From: an uncultured Dehalococcoidaceae bacterium
GTDB lineage: Bacteria > Chloroflexota > Dehalococcoidia > Dehalococcoidales > RBG-16-60-22
Length of the DNA stretch: 52,478 nucleotides
Assembly: GCA_964589285.1 (NCBI GenBank)
Contig: CAZPSP010000001.1
Span: 1 to 52,478 of the forward strand
Reading direction: 5' to 3'
The notes under the pieces were generated by a model. That model did not search any database and was not told where the DNA came from. It worked only from the letters and a program-made list of their open reading frames with translations. Made by a program: the position numbers and the translations under genes. How positions within the stretch are numbered: position 1 is the first letter of the stretch; every line of letters starts with the position of its first letter. Positions 26,631 through 35,985 of the stretch are shown here, in pieces.

Positions 26631-28178
26631 ATGGAAAAGCAAGCGATTGCCAGCACGAAATACGGCAAACTGGAAGGCGATTTCAGGGACGGTGTCTACG
26701 GTTTCAAAGGCATTCCCTACGCAGCCCCGCCGGTGGGCAAATTGCGCTGGATGCCGCCGCAGCCGGTGAAACCCTGGAGCGGGATCCGTCCCGCCGTGAC
26801 GTACGGGTCCATCTCGCCCCAGAACCTCATGGCCGCGCCGAGCGATTCACCCGGCGTGCCCAATTTCGGCGATCAGCCCCAGGACGAGGACTGCCTCTTC
26901 CTCAACGTCTGGACGCCGGGACTGGATGACGCTCGCCGCCCGGTGCTCTTCTGGATTCACGGCGGGGCTTTCATCATCGGTTCCGGGTCCGAAGCTTTTC
27001 TGGACAGCCGCAAGCTGGTACGGCGGGGAGATATCGTCCTCGTCAGCATCAATTACCGTCTCGGCGCGCTGGGTTTCATGAACCTCAAGGAAATTACCGG
27101 CGGCAGGATCCCCGCTACCGGTAACGAAGGCCTCCTCGACCAGGTTGCCGCGTTAGATTGGGTACGGGAGAACATTGCTTCATTCGGCGGCGACCCGGAA
27201 AACATAACCATTTCCGGTTTTTCCGCCGGGGGCATGAGCGTCGGTACCCTGCTGGCCCTGCCCGCGGCCGGCGGCAAGTTCCAGAAAGCCATGAACCGCA
27301 GCGGGGCTGCCAATATCGTCAGTACGCTGGAAAGCGCCGTTTCCATCTCTCAGCAGTACCTCGGCGTTCTCGGTGTGAAAAGCAGCGATACCGATGCGCT
27401 GTACAGCTTGACCGTCGAGCAGATCCTGGAAGGACAACAGTTGTTGAGCGTCCAACTGCGTGAATCAGAACAGCGTGCCACGCCGTTCCAGCCTGTCGTG
27501 GACGGCAAGGACCTCCCGGAAATGCCCATGGCGATGATACGGAAAGGCTCGGCGAAAAATGTGACCCTCATGGCCGGGAACAGCCTCGACGAGCTAAAAA
27601 GTATGAATGCCATGGACCCGTCACTGCGCAACATCGACGAGGCAGGCATCATCCGGAGACTCAGCGACCTGCTACCTCCACACCTTGTGCCAGGCCTTGT
27701 TGAGGCCTATCGGAAAGCTCTGCCCGAACGCGGCGGCCCGGTAACCCCGCTGGAGATCATGGGGAGCATCAACACGGACCTCATGTTCCGCATTCCCACC
27801 ATCCGCCTGGTTGAAGCGCAGCGGGACAACGGCTCTCCGGCCTACAACTACCTGTTCACTTATAAATCACCGGCCATGGGCGGCGTCCTCGGGGCGATGC
27901 ACGGCCTGGACAATCCGTTCCTCTTCGGCGCTCTCGACCCCGATTTCACCGGAGACGGTCCGCAGGCCCAAGACATCTCCGTCAGGATTCAGGACTCCTG
28001 CGCGGCTTTCATGCACACCGGCGATCCGTCCTGTGAGAGCGCCGGCCCCTGGCCGGTCTACGGCCGCGACCGCATGACGATGGTATTCGGCATTCCGACA
28101 AGGCTCGAACAAGCCCCTTTCGAAAACGAACGTAAAGCCTGGGATAACTACGCAGAAGATAGTTCCAGACCTATTTGA
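26631..28178 (+). CDS. carboxylesterase type B (para-nitrobenzyl esterase-like)
   Basis: Motifs EDCLFLNVWTP and FWIHGGAF, and the nucleophile elbow GFSAGG. The start was trimmed to the ATG at 26631, directly after a GGGAGGG SD. Confidence 0.9.
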   Translation: MEKQAIASTKYGKLEGDFRDGVYGFKGIPYAAPPVGKLRWMPPQPVKPWSGIRPAVTYGSISPQNLMAAPSDSPGVPNFGDQPQDEDCLFLNVWTPGLDDARRPVLFWIHGGAFIIGSGSEAFLDSRKLVRRGDIVLVSINYRLGALGFMNLKEITGGRIPATGNEGLLDQVAALDWVRENIASFGGDPENITISGFSAGGMSVGTLLALPAAGGKFQKAMNRSGAANIVSTLESAVSISQQYLGVLGVKSSDTDALYSLTVEQILEGQQLLSVQLRESEQRATPFQPVVDGKDLPEMPMAMIRKGSAKNVTLMAGNSLDELKSMNAMDPSLRNIDEAGIIRRLSDLLPPHLVPGLVEAYRKALPERGGPVTPLEIMGSINTDLMFRIPTIRLVEAQRDNGSPAYNYLFTYKSPAMGGVLGAMHGLDNPFLFGALDPDFTGDGPQAQDISVRIQDSCAAFMHTGDPSCESAGPWPVYGRDRMTMVFGIPTRLEQAPFENERKAWDNYAEDSSRPI

Positions 28179-28245
28179 TTACGCAAAAAGTATTGTCCTT
28201 ACGAATGGAGTAAGCTACCCGGCGGACCTCCGTTACGTGGACCAG

Positions 28246-28274
28246 TTGACAAGCCGGGCTAAACGTGCTGTAAT
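28246..28274 (+). promoter_or_regulatory. candidate promoter TTGACA-17 nt-TGTAAT for the TRAP operon
   Basis: -35 at 28246-28251 and -10 at 28269-28274. Confidence 0.45.
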
Positions 28275-28296
28275 TGTGAAAATCGAAACAATCACA

Positions 28297-28324
28297 TGTG
28301 ACAGGAATCGGAAAACCTGTCACA
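28297..28324 (+). promoter_or_regulatory. inverted repeat TGTGACAGG-N10-CCTGTCACA (operator or 5'-UTR hairpin)
   Basis: Perfect 9-bp arms at 28297-28305 and 28316-28324, about 25 nt downstream of the candidate -10. Confidence 0.5.
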
Positions 28325-28410
28325 CATACAGGAGGTGCTGGAAGAAGCTATAAAGGTTTTTTCCAAAGGTTACAGGATTGGTGCGCTAAAAACAGAAGGG
28401 AGTTGTCGCC

Positions 28411-29505
28411 ATGAAAAAGCTCTTTCTCGTTTTCCTGGTCCTTGTCCTGACCCTTCCCTTTTTCAGCGGCTGCGGGGATTCGCAGCCGGAAGAAACCATA
28501 GAACTCACGTACAGTAACTTCTTCCCTCCCACGCACCTTCACTCCGTCCTCGTCGATCAGTTCTGCAAGGAGATCGAAGACCGCACCAACGGCGGCGTCA
28601 AGATCACCCATTACGCCGGCGGCTCATTGACCCCGGCAGCCAGTGTCTATGACGGTGTCGTCCAGGGCATCTCCGATATCGGCATGTCGGTCCTGGCCTA
28701 TACCATGGGGCCTTTCCCGGCCACCGAGATCATCGACCTGCCCCACGGCTATCCCTGCGGTTATACCGCCACCAAGATCGCGAATGAGTTCTACCAGGAA
28801 TTTAAACCCGCTGAATTCGATGGTGTCCATGTCCTATATTTCCACGCTCATGGTCCGGGGACTATACTGACGACCAAGAAACCGGTACGTACCCTCGAAG
28901 ATATGAAAGGTCTGGTTTTAAGGTCTACCGGTGTCGGAGCCAAGATAGCCGAAGCCCTCGGGGCCACCGGCTATGCCGCTTCCCAGGGTGAAGCCTATGA
29001 ACTGATGTCCAAAGGCGTCATCGATGGGAGCGTCACCCCTCCGGAAGTGCTCAAGGGCTGGAAACAGGCTGAGATCGTCAAATACCTGACTACGTGCTAT
29101 GAGGTCGGCTATTCCGCTGATATGTTCGTCGTCATGAACAAGGACAAGTGGGAAAGCCTGCCGGACAAGTACCAGAAGGTCTTTGACGAGGTCAGTTCCG
29201 AATGGATCGATAAGCACGCCAAGGTCTGGAGCTACTATGATAAGGTAGCGCTGGATTACTTCCTCAGTTTTGAAGGCAGAGAGGTCATACAGCTCTCCGC
29301 CGAGGAGACGGCGCGCTGGGTCCAGGCGGCCCAAAAGGTCAAAGATACCTATATGTCAGAAAAGGGCGCCGCCGGCCTGTCCGTCCAGGACTACGAGAAC
29401 TACATCAACGAACGCGTCGACTACTGGAAAGACCACGCCCCCTCCGCGGATGAGTGCGTCTCCTGGGTGGAGAAGGAAGTAGAACCGTTGGTGCCCAAGA
29501 GCTAG
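28411..29505 (+). CDS. dctP: TRAP transporter substrate-binding lipoprotein (DctP family)
   Basis: Lipobox FFSGC and a 364-aa DctP-like sequence, followed by small and large TRAP permease genes. Confidence 0.88.
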   Translation: MKKLFLVFLVLVLTLPFFSGCGDSQPEETIELTYSNFFPPTHLHSVLVDQFCKEIEDRTNGGVKITHYAGGSLTPAASVYDGVVQGISDIGMSVLAYTMGPFPATEIIDLPHGYPCGYTATKIANEFYQEFKPAEFDGVHVLYFHAHGPGTILTTKKPVRTLEDMKGLVLRSTGVGAKIAEALGATGYAASQGEAYELMSKGVIDGSVTPPEVLKGWKQAEIVKYLTTCYEVGYSADMFVVMNKDKWESLPDKYQKVFDEVSSEWIDKHAKVWSYYDKVALDYFLSFEGREVIQLSAEETARWVQAAQKVKDTYMSEKGAAGLSVQDYENYINERVDYWKDHAPSADECVSWVEKEVEPLVPKS

Positions 29506-29534
29506 GCTCTCCTGTTGGTACTGCCATACCGTAA

Positions 29535-29568
29535 GGGGATGCCGCAAACGAGCGAAGCCGGCATCCCC
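29535..29568 (+). other. intercistronic stem-loop between dctP and dctQ
   Basis: GGGGATGCCG-14 nt-CGGCATCCCC, a perfect 10-bp stem. It has no U-tract and lies 30 nt after the dctP stop. Confidence 0.6.
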
Positions 29569-29582
29569 TCCGTTGAGTTAGC

Positions 29583-30083
29583 ATGCGGACCGCTATTGAA
29601 CGACTGGAAAAGCTGATTGTCACCCTCAGCCGCTGGTGCTACTGGGTTGCCGGCATCGGGCTGGTGGCCATGCTCGCTTTGATCATCGCCGATATTTTTG
29701 GCAACAAGATATTTTCCAGCCCGATTCCCGGCGCAATCGAGTTAGTAGGGTTCCTGGGCGTCGTGGTCACGGCCTTCGCCATCGCCTATACTTACGTCCT
29801 GGGCGGTCATATACAAGTCGATTTCGTCGTGTTCAAACTGCCCGCCCGCCTGCGGAACATCTCTCTGTCCCTGATGCACCTTCTGGGTATTACTCTCTTC
29901 GTTGTCCTGGCATGGAGAAGCTATGAATTCGGCTGGGTGGTCCAGAGTAGCGGGGAGGTCTCGATGACCCAGGGAATACCGTTCTATCCGTTCATTTATG
30001 CCCTGGCTTTCTGCTCGCTGGTCACCGCCCTGGTACTTCTCATGGAGTTCATCAAATCCGTATTGAGCGTGGTACATAAGTGA
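29583..30083 (+). CDS. dctQ: TRAP transporter small permease (DctQ)
   Basis: 166 aa with 4 TM helices. Its stop overlaps the dctM GTG start (GTGA). Confidence 0.85.
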   Translation: MRTAIERLEKLIVTLSRWCYWVAGIGLVAMLALIIADIFGNKIFSSPIPGAIELVGFLGVVVTAFAIAYTYVLGGHIQVDFVVFKLPARLRNISLSLMHLLGITLFVVLAWRSYEFGWVVQSSGEVSMTQGIPFYPFIYALAFCSLVTALVLLMEFIKSVLSVVHK

Positions 30084-31384
30084 GTCCTGAACTTACCGGC
30101 ATCATAGGAATCGTTGTACTCATCATCATATTCCTGCTCGGTATGCCGGTCGGGTTCGCCATGGCCCTGGTCGGGTTCGCCGGCTATTGTTTTCTTGTAT
30201 CGCCTCAAGCCGGATTCAGCATCCTGCCGCGGGACGTTTTTGCAACGCTGTCCTCCTACTCTCTCACGGTCATCCCGATGTTCATTTTCATGGGAGCGAT
30301 AGCGTACTCATCCGGGATGAGCCGGCGACTGTACGATGCCGGATATGTCGTCTTCGGCCAGCGGCGCGGAGGTCTCGCCATCGCCACGATAGCCGCCTGC
30401 GCCGGTTTTGCCGCCATGTGCGGTTCCACGAACGCCACTGCCGCCGCCATGGGTAGGGTGGCCATCCCTGAGATGAAGAGGTATGGATATGACGATTCCC
30501 TGGCCACGGGTTGCGTGGCCGCCGCCGGTACCCTTGGGGTAATGATTCCGCCCAGCACCATCTTCATCGTTTACGGCATCCTCACCGAGCAGTCCATCGG
30601 CAAGCTTTTCATCTCCGGCGTTTTACCGGGCGTGATGATCGCTGTCCTTTTCCTCGCCGTTGTTTTCATTCTCTGCCTCCGCAACCCCTCACTGGCTCCT
30701 GCCGGCGCGCCAACGAGCTGGAAGGTAAAACTGGCCGGCATCAGCGGTATGGCGGAGATGATGGTCCTTTTCATTGTCGTTATCGGCGGCCTTTTCCTCG
30801 GCTGGTTCAGCCCCACCCAGGCGGGGGCGGTCGGGGCTGGAGGGGCGTTACTTATCGGTCTCATCCGCCGGCAGCTCACCTGGGAAGGGTTTCTCTTCGC
30901 AGTCAAGGATACGCTCCGCATCACCGCCATGGTGATGGTAATCGTCGCCGGGGCCACCGTCTTCGGCCATTTCATAGCCATCGCCAGGATACCGCTGGTC
31001 CTGTCAGATTGGGTATCAGGGCTGGCCCTACCTCCCATGGTCATCATGGGGCTGATCATCTTGATATACCTGGTGGGAGGATGTTTCATGGATGCCCTGG
31101 CCCTTATTACGCTAACCGTTCCGATTCTTTACCCCCTGGTCGTCTCATTGAACTTCGATCCTATATGGTTCGGTGTCATCATCGTCCTGATCACGGAGAT
31201 GGGCGTCATCACGCCCCCGGTTGGAGTGAACGTGTATGTGATCAAAGGCATTGCCGAGGACGTACCTCTGGAAAAAATATTCAAAGGCATCCTGCCTTTC
31301 CTGGTGGCGCTGGTGATCGCGGCAATCCTGCTCGTGGCGTTTCCGCAGATAGCCACTTTCCTGCCCGGTTTCACCAAATATTAA
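30080..31384 (+). CDS. dctM: TRAP transporter large permease (DctM)
   Basis: 434-aa polytopic protein, translationally coupled to dctQ. Confidence 0.9.
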   Translation: MSPELTGIIGIVVLIIIFLLGMPVGFAMALVGFAGYCFLVSPQAGFSILPRDVFATLSSYSLTVIPMFIFMGAIAYSSGMSRRLYDAGYVVFGQRRGGLAIATIAACAGFAAMCGSTNATAAAMGRVAIPEMKRYGYDDSLATGCVAAAGTLGVMIPPSTIFIVYGILTEQSIGKLFISGVLPGVMIAVLFLAVVFILCLRNPSLAPAGAPTSWKVKLAGISGMAEMMVLFIVVIGGLFLGWFSPTQAGAVGAGGALLIGLIRRQLTWEGFLFAVKDTLRITAMVMVIVAGATVFGHFIAIARIPLVLSDWVSGLALPPMVIMGLIILIYLVGGCFMDALALITLTVPILYPLVVSLNFDPIWFGVIIVLITEMGVITPPVGVNVYVIKGIAEDVPLEKIFKGILPFLVALVIAAILLVAFPQIATFLPGFTKY

Positions 31385-31547
31385 GCACTGCAGATCGGGC
31401 CAATCAAGACCATTACATTTTACACATAACCCATGATCTAAATTTGTGCATTTCCACTTTGACTTACCGGTACCGACTGGTGTAACGTAACATAAATACC
31501 CGGAAGTATGTCCGTCTCACGGTGTATTTCGTGAAAGAAGGAGAACC

Positions 31548-32657
31548 ATGAACGATACTGCTATCTTCAAAGACCTCGCCGCCAAGCTCGGAGTCCCGGA
31601 CTCGGAACGCTTCTTGAAGATCCTCGTCGCCACCTTCACACCTGAAGAAGCCCGCATCTGCCATGAACTGTTCGAACCCGCTACCTGCGCGGAACTGGCG
31701 GCCAGACTCGAAGCCGAAGAAAAACACCTCACGGAAGTCCTGGACCGCCTCGTCGACCGGGGCATACTGACCCGCGGCCGGACCCAGTACGGTTTCCATA
31801 ACAGCCTCATTGCTTTCCACCACGATACCGTTGCCGATACGGCCCCGCACACCGGGCCGTATGCCATCCCTCAGCACGTGAAGGAACTCTGGGCGGACTT
31901 TTTCCGGCATGAATGGTCCTACATGTTCCTGGAACACACGGAAAAAATGATAGAAGTTGCGGGACGGAACCTTCCCATCTGGCCGGCCATCGGCGCACTT
32001 GAGAAGAGCCCCAACATCTCCCCGGACGACATCCTCCCGGAAGAGAACTGGAAACTGAAGATCGAGAACGCCAAAAACCGCATCATCGCTCCCTGCGGCT
32101 GCCGCATCGTCTGGGGCACCTGCGATCACCCCGTTATGACCTGTTTTGCAACGTTCGACCGCCCGCGCGGCGAGTACTATCTGAACCAGCCGGGGCGCCT
32201 GCTCAAGGTCTACACACTGGCGGAAACCATGGATATCGTGCGGGAATCTGAAGAATCCGGCCTCGTTCACTGGGGAGACTGCTACTGTTGCGATGACTGC
32301 TGCGAGAACCTGTTTCCCATCAAGCGCTCCGGGCGATACGACCTGATGACGCCCAACCGTTTCCTCGCCGTCGTCGATGAAGACAAGTGCAAGGGATGCC
32401 AGGACTGCATGGAGAAATGTCCGTTCGAAGCCATCGAACTGCGGAAAAGCGACAGTTCCCGGAAATTCAAGGCCTATATCGTACCCGAAAAATGCAAGGG
32501 CTGCGGTCTCTGCATCGTCGGCTGCAAGCACGACGCCATTACCTACCGCATCGTCAGGCCGCCGGAATACATCGCCGGAAAGTCTACATCCGTCGTTAAT
32601 GAACCCGGTAAGCCCGCCCGCACGCTGCCGGTCTTCGGTTTCTACGAACTTCAGTAG
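31548..32657 (+). CDS. winged-helix-like N-terminal domain + Cys-rich region + two 4Fe-4S ferredoxin motifs
   Basis: A GAAGGAG SD lies upstream. N-terminus: ARICHELFEPATCAELAARLEAEEKHLTEVLDRLVDRGILTR. Cys-rich segment: CYCCDDCCE. Fe-S motifs: CKGCQDCMEKCP and CKGCGLCIVGC. Confidence 0.8.
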   Translation: MNDTAIFKDLAAKLGVPDSERFLKILVATFTPEEARICHELFEPATCAELAARLEAEEKHLTEVLDRLVDRGILTRGRTQYGFHNSLIAFHHDTVADTAPHTGPYAIPQHVKELWADFFRHEWSYMFLEHTEKMIEVAGRNLPIWPAIGALEKSPNISPDDILPEENWKLKIENAKNRIIAPCGCRIVWGTCDHPVMTCFATFDRPRGEYYLNQPGRLLKVYTLAETMDIVRESEESGLVHWGDCYCCDDCCENLFPIKRSGRYDLMTPNRFLAVVDEDKCKGCQDCMEKCPFEAIELRKSDSSRKFKAYIVPEKCKGCGLCIVGCKHDAITYRIVRPPEYIAGKSTSVVNEPGKPARTLPVFGFYELQ

Positions 32658-32676
32658 AATCAGTTGCAGCGGAAAA

Positions 32677-32714
32677 TAAAAAACCGGGCAGGGTGTCCTG
32701 CCCGGTTGCTTTTT
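32677..32714. terminator. bidirectional rho-independent terminator between convergent genes
   Basis: AAAAAA-CCGGGCAGG-gtgt-CCTGCCCGG-TTGCTTTTT: a 9-bp GC-rich stem (32684-32705) with U-tracts on both strands. Confidence 0.8.
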
Positions 32715-34191
32715 ACCTGCGGGGTCCCGGCTTGGGGATAATGCCGTTGGGATCGAACAGGGCGTTGACCTTCGCCTGCCAGGTCATATAGTTCGATATC
32801 GCGGGATTGACCAGTTCCGGATCCAGCCCCATCGGCACGGCGAACTTTCCTTCCAGCGCACGCATATTGGTCGCCTTACGCCATTCCGCGGCAGCTTCCG
32901 GCGCTCCCTCGGCTGACGTGGGCCGGTAGAATATCTCTGATTTCCCCAGGTGGCCCTGCTCTACGCCCCATCCGAAACAGCCGAAGAAAGCGGCGCCGTC
33001 ATCCATCGCCAGGCCTTTCTCGATGAGTTCGCCCTTGCGCTGCCCGGCTTCCATCAGCCACCGCATCGTGAGGTCCCTCTGGCCCATGATAGCGAAGCCT
33101 CCCCAGCCGGTAGCACCGACACGGAACGTTTCCCTGATGGAAGCGCAAACGCGGATACACTGGCTGAGCAGGATCCCGGCCACCTTCAGGTCTTCCGCTT
33201 CTTTCAGGGACTGGCCGCTGGTCTCTTTCAATATCTGATCAAGAACTTTCAGTTGATAGGCGAACTCGTCCGGCGAGTTGCCGATAATGATGAGCAGGAA
33301 GCCCGGACCCTGGACCTGCCTCCTGAGCCGCTCGAAAGTCGCGATGTCTTCCTCGTTGCTGGTGGATATATTCGCGGAGACCATCGCCATATTGAAGCAC
33401 ATCAGTTCATAGGAGATTTCAGCCTCGCCTATCTTGAGTTCCGCTTCGTACATCTTCTCTGCTGACGGGAAGCTGTAGTAACGGGTCAAGATATTGGGGG
33501 GCATTTCGCTGAGCAGGTATCTCGGCGATACGCCTGTCAGGGGGAATTCCGTCGGGCCCGGCCAGGGATACACCTTCTGGGCGGCCCTGGTCATAATGCC
33601 CGGCGTCAGGCCCGGAGGCACGGTGCCGCTGATCATGCAGCGGAGCGACGGCCCCGGACCGTCCCCGGAGAACCACTCATCGCAAGCCCCCAGGGATCCC
33701 AGCCTGAGCAGTTCACCTTCAGGGGTCACCCATTCCACCGCCAGGTAGTTCCGGTCGTCGCCGCCGGTGGTCTGGTCCATATGCCCGTGGCCTTTGAGCA
33801 TCGCGGAGCCGTTGGAACCGGCCCCCTTGATGCTGCAGTTAAGGCCCCGTTTCATCAGTTCCGCCTGTAGTTCCGCACCGATGACATAAGGTTCCACCAC
33901 GGCGTACATGTTCTTCTCGTTTATCTCAATAATCCTGTTCATCCGCCGCAGGTCGAAGAGTATCGTTCCGGGCGGATACATGCCGCCCCACCCCGACGAT
34001 ACCGCCCCGAACCCCAGCTTGTGCTTGTTGCACAGCTTCATCAAGGCCTGCACCTGCGCGGTGTTCTCCGGCAGGACCACGGCGCCGAACTCGATGCCAT
34101 AGTAGGACGGCATGATCGCCGGATCGTCGCAGATGTACTCCGGCCCGGTAATATCTTCAAACTCTTTATAGATCTCTTTGCTTAATGCCAT
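32713..34191 (-). CDS. FAD-binding oxidoreductase, paralog of 19784..21253
   Basis: 492 aa, colinear with the 489-aa paralog. Confidence 0.85.
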   Translation of the reverse strand: MALSKEIYKEFEDITGPEYICDDPAIMPSYYGIEFGAVVLPENTAQVQALMKLCNKHKLGFGAVSSGWGGMYPPGTILFDLRRMNRIIEINEKNMYAVVEPYVIGAELQAELMKRGLNCSIKGAGSNGSAMLKGHGHMDQTTGGDDRNYLAVEWVTPEGELLRLGSLGACDEWFSGDGPGPSLRCMISGTVPPGLTPGIMTRAAQKVYPWPGPTEFPLTGVSPRYLLSEMPPNILTRYYSFPSAEKMYEAELKIGEAEISYELMCFNMAMVSANISTSNEEDIATFERLRRQVQGPGFLLIIIGNSPDEFAYQLKVLDQILKETSGQSLKEAEDLKVAGILLSQCIRVCASIRETFRVGATGWGGFAIMGQRDLTMRWLMEAGQRKGELIEKGLAMDDGAAFFGCFGWGVEQGHLGKSEIFYRPTSAEGAPEAAAEWRKATNMRALEGKFAVPMGLDPELVNPAISNYMTWQAKVNALFDPNGIIPKPGPRR

Positions 34192-34223
34192 GATTCGTTA
34201 CCTCTCTCTCGGTCCGTTCTCGG

Positions 34224-35690
34224 TCAATAGCAAATCTTACCGGGGTTCATGATGTGGTTCGGGTCGAATACCGTTTTCATCCTGCGCAGCGCGGTCACCG
34301 TCGCGGCGTCCCGGTTCATGATGGCATCCACGTTGGTTCCGTAAGGCCGCGAGAAGAACGCGCCCTTTCCGGAAAGGTCCCTGACCGCCGACGCGGACAG
34401 TTCTTTAATCATCGCCGCTTCCCGGCGGTCCTCCGGGCTGTAGAAGAGGTTGAACTCGCAGTGACAGCTCGTCCCCTGGACCACCGGCTGGATATAAGTG
34501 CTCAGTTCGGAGGCCGGGTAGCCGGCTTCCTCGGTGAGACGGCCCATCGCGTCGATGAGTTCCTCCAGCCTGCCATAGTTAGTAATGAACATGACGTCTT
34601 CACAGGCGCCCTTGTTCCGCAATTTCCAGTGAGGTTCGTCGCAGGGCTGCTGGACGGCCTTGAGCAGTTCATTGGCGGATATACCGCCGAGCGACCTGAC
34701 CGATTCCAGCCCCAGCCGCTGGGTGATCCCCTTGATGTCCTTTATCTGGTACTGTATCCGGTCTTCCGGGAAGTACTCGTAACCGGCCAGGTTATAGAAC
34801 ACCATCCAGGGCGGCAGCGCGCCGACCCTGTTCTTGAATTCTGCCGGCCACTTCTTCGTCATCATGGCCGCCAGAGCGCTTCCATTAACGATGAAGCACT
34901 CGTTGACCAGCCTTCTCCGCACCAGCCATTGGGTCAAGTCAAACAGCCTTTCGAGTTTATCATCGCCTACCAGGAACGGCTCCTCAAGCTGAGGCAGCAA
35001 CTCACAACGCAAAGAAGCCCAGGTGACGATGCCCATCGTTCCCTGGGCGCCCTGGATGATACGGTGCCACCCGACCGTCCCTGGGCCGTACGGCGCTTTC
35101 TGCACCGCTCCCGCGGCCCATTGTTCTTCAATGGTACCCGGTCCGGCCGCCTGCCCCGTCCTGAATTCGTCGCCGGTCCCGAAAACCAGCCCCAGCGTGG
35201 CCAGGGGGTCCGATACGTCCCACTGGTACTTGGGCATGATGACCGGTTCCCGTTCCAGGAGGCTGCCGATGACCGACTTGGACTTCCTGGGCAGCAGCGG
35301 CATGTTGAGGCGAATCCCTTCCTTCGCCGCTGCCGGTATCAGCTCCCCGAAGGTCACACCGGGCTCGACATTGGCCACCCGGTGGTACCGGTCAACCCGG
35401 ATGATCCTTTTCATGCCGCTCAGGTCCACGATGACCGCTCCGCCGGTACCGGGGACAGTATCACCCCGGAAATGAGGAGAGCCGGAACTGACCGGAACTA
35501 ACGGTGTGCCGGTTTCGTTGGCGAGAGCGACGAGCTTCCGGACCTCTTCCGCATTGCGGGGCTTGACCACATACGCCGGTTTAACGCTGTTAACGAAACT
35601 GATATCCTGAGAGTAGGCATCCAGATCAGCCTGTTGAGTGCTGACATTTCCAGACCCTACTATTTTGCCAAGTTTCTCTTTCTGAATCAT
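34224..35690 (-). CDS. FAD-binding oxidoreductase (GlcD-like), paralog of 22585..24051
   Basis: The track ORF 34224..35813 was trimmed to the ATG at 35690, which has a GGAGG SD 5 nt upstream. MIQKEKLGKIVGSGNV aligns with MIAKEKLVKIVGAGNV of the paralog. C-terminal DPNHIMNPGKICY. Confidence 0.88.
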   Translation of the reverse strand: MIQKEKLGKIVGSGNVSTQQADLDAYSQDISFVNSVKPAYVVKPRNAEEVRKLVALANETGTPLVPVSSGSPHFRGDTVPGTGGAVIVDLSGMKRIIRVDRYHRVANVEPGVTFGELIPAAAKEGIRLNMPLLPRKSKSVIGSLLEREPVIMPKYQWDVSDPLATLGLVFGTGDEFRTGQAAGPGTIEEQWAAGAVQKAPYGPGTVGWHRIIQGAQGTMGIVTWASLRCELLPQLEEPFLVGDDKLERLFDLTQWLVRRRLVNECFIVNGSALAAMMTKKWPAEFKNRVGALPPWMVFYNLAGYEYFPEDRIQYQIKDIKGITQRLGLESVRSLGGISANELLKAVQQPCDEPHWKLRNKGACEDVMFITNYGRLEELIDAMGRLTEEAGYPASELSTYIQPVVQGTSCHCEFNLFYSPEDRREAAMIKELSASAVRDLSGKGAFFSRPYGTNVDAIMNRDAATVTALRRMKTVFDPNHIMNPGKICY

Positions 35691-35956
35691 GCCGCCCTCC
35701 TTTGCGGTTAACTTAATACTCGACGAGGATTTTGTCAAGAATTCCGCTATAGTTGGAACAAGGCTGACCGGATGGATGCAAGCTAGGGAAAACAACGAAT
35801 CGATAGTTAACAAAGAAACCGCCGCATTCTCTCGGATACAAACGACCCTGTTTTAATAAATCGATAACAACCTCTAAATCGAACCACATTTTTTCAACCT
35901 ATTTTCCATCACTCCCGCCCGGCTGGAAGCAAAAGAAACCGGATATCTGAATCATC

Positions 35957-35985
35957 TTGACCGGCTGAGGAAAAAGTGCCATAGT
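35957..35985 (+). promoter_or_regulatory. candidate promoter TTGACC-17 nt-CATAGT (TG-extended)
   Basis: -35 at 35957-35962 and -10 at 35980-35985, 32 nt before the ATG at 36018. Confidence 0.3.

Noticed and set aside
28335-28517. 60-aa ORF starting at a GTG overlapping a strong AGGAGGTG sequence upstream of dctP
   Set aside because: There is no spacing between the SD-like sequence and the GTG. The ORF overlaps the dctP start in another frame and has Arg/Pro-rich composition, so it is unlikely to be translated.
34224-35813. Longer N-terminal extensions given by the ORF track: 34224..35813, 37528..38649, 39541/39899 starts, 46865..47833, 49368..50669, 50624..51646, 26117 and 26616
   Set aside because: In each case an internal ATG is preceded by a clear Shine-Dalgarno and matches the N-terminus expected for the family or the paralog. 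The extensions overlap neighbouring genes or intergenic DNA.
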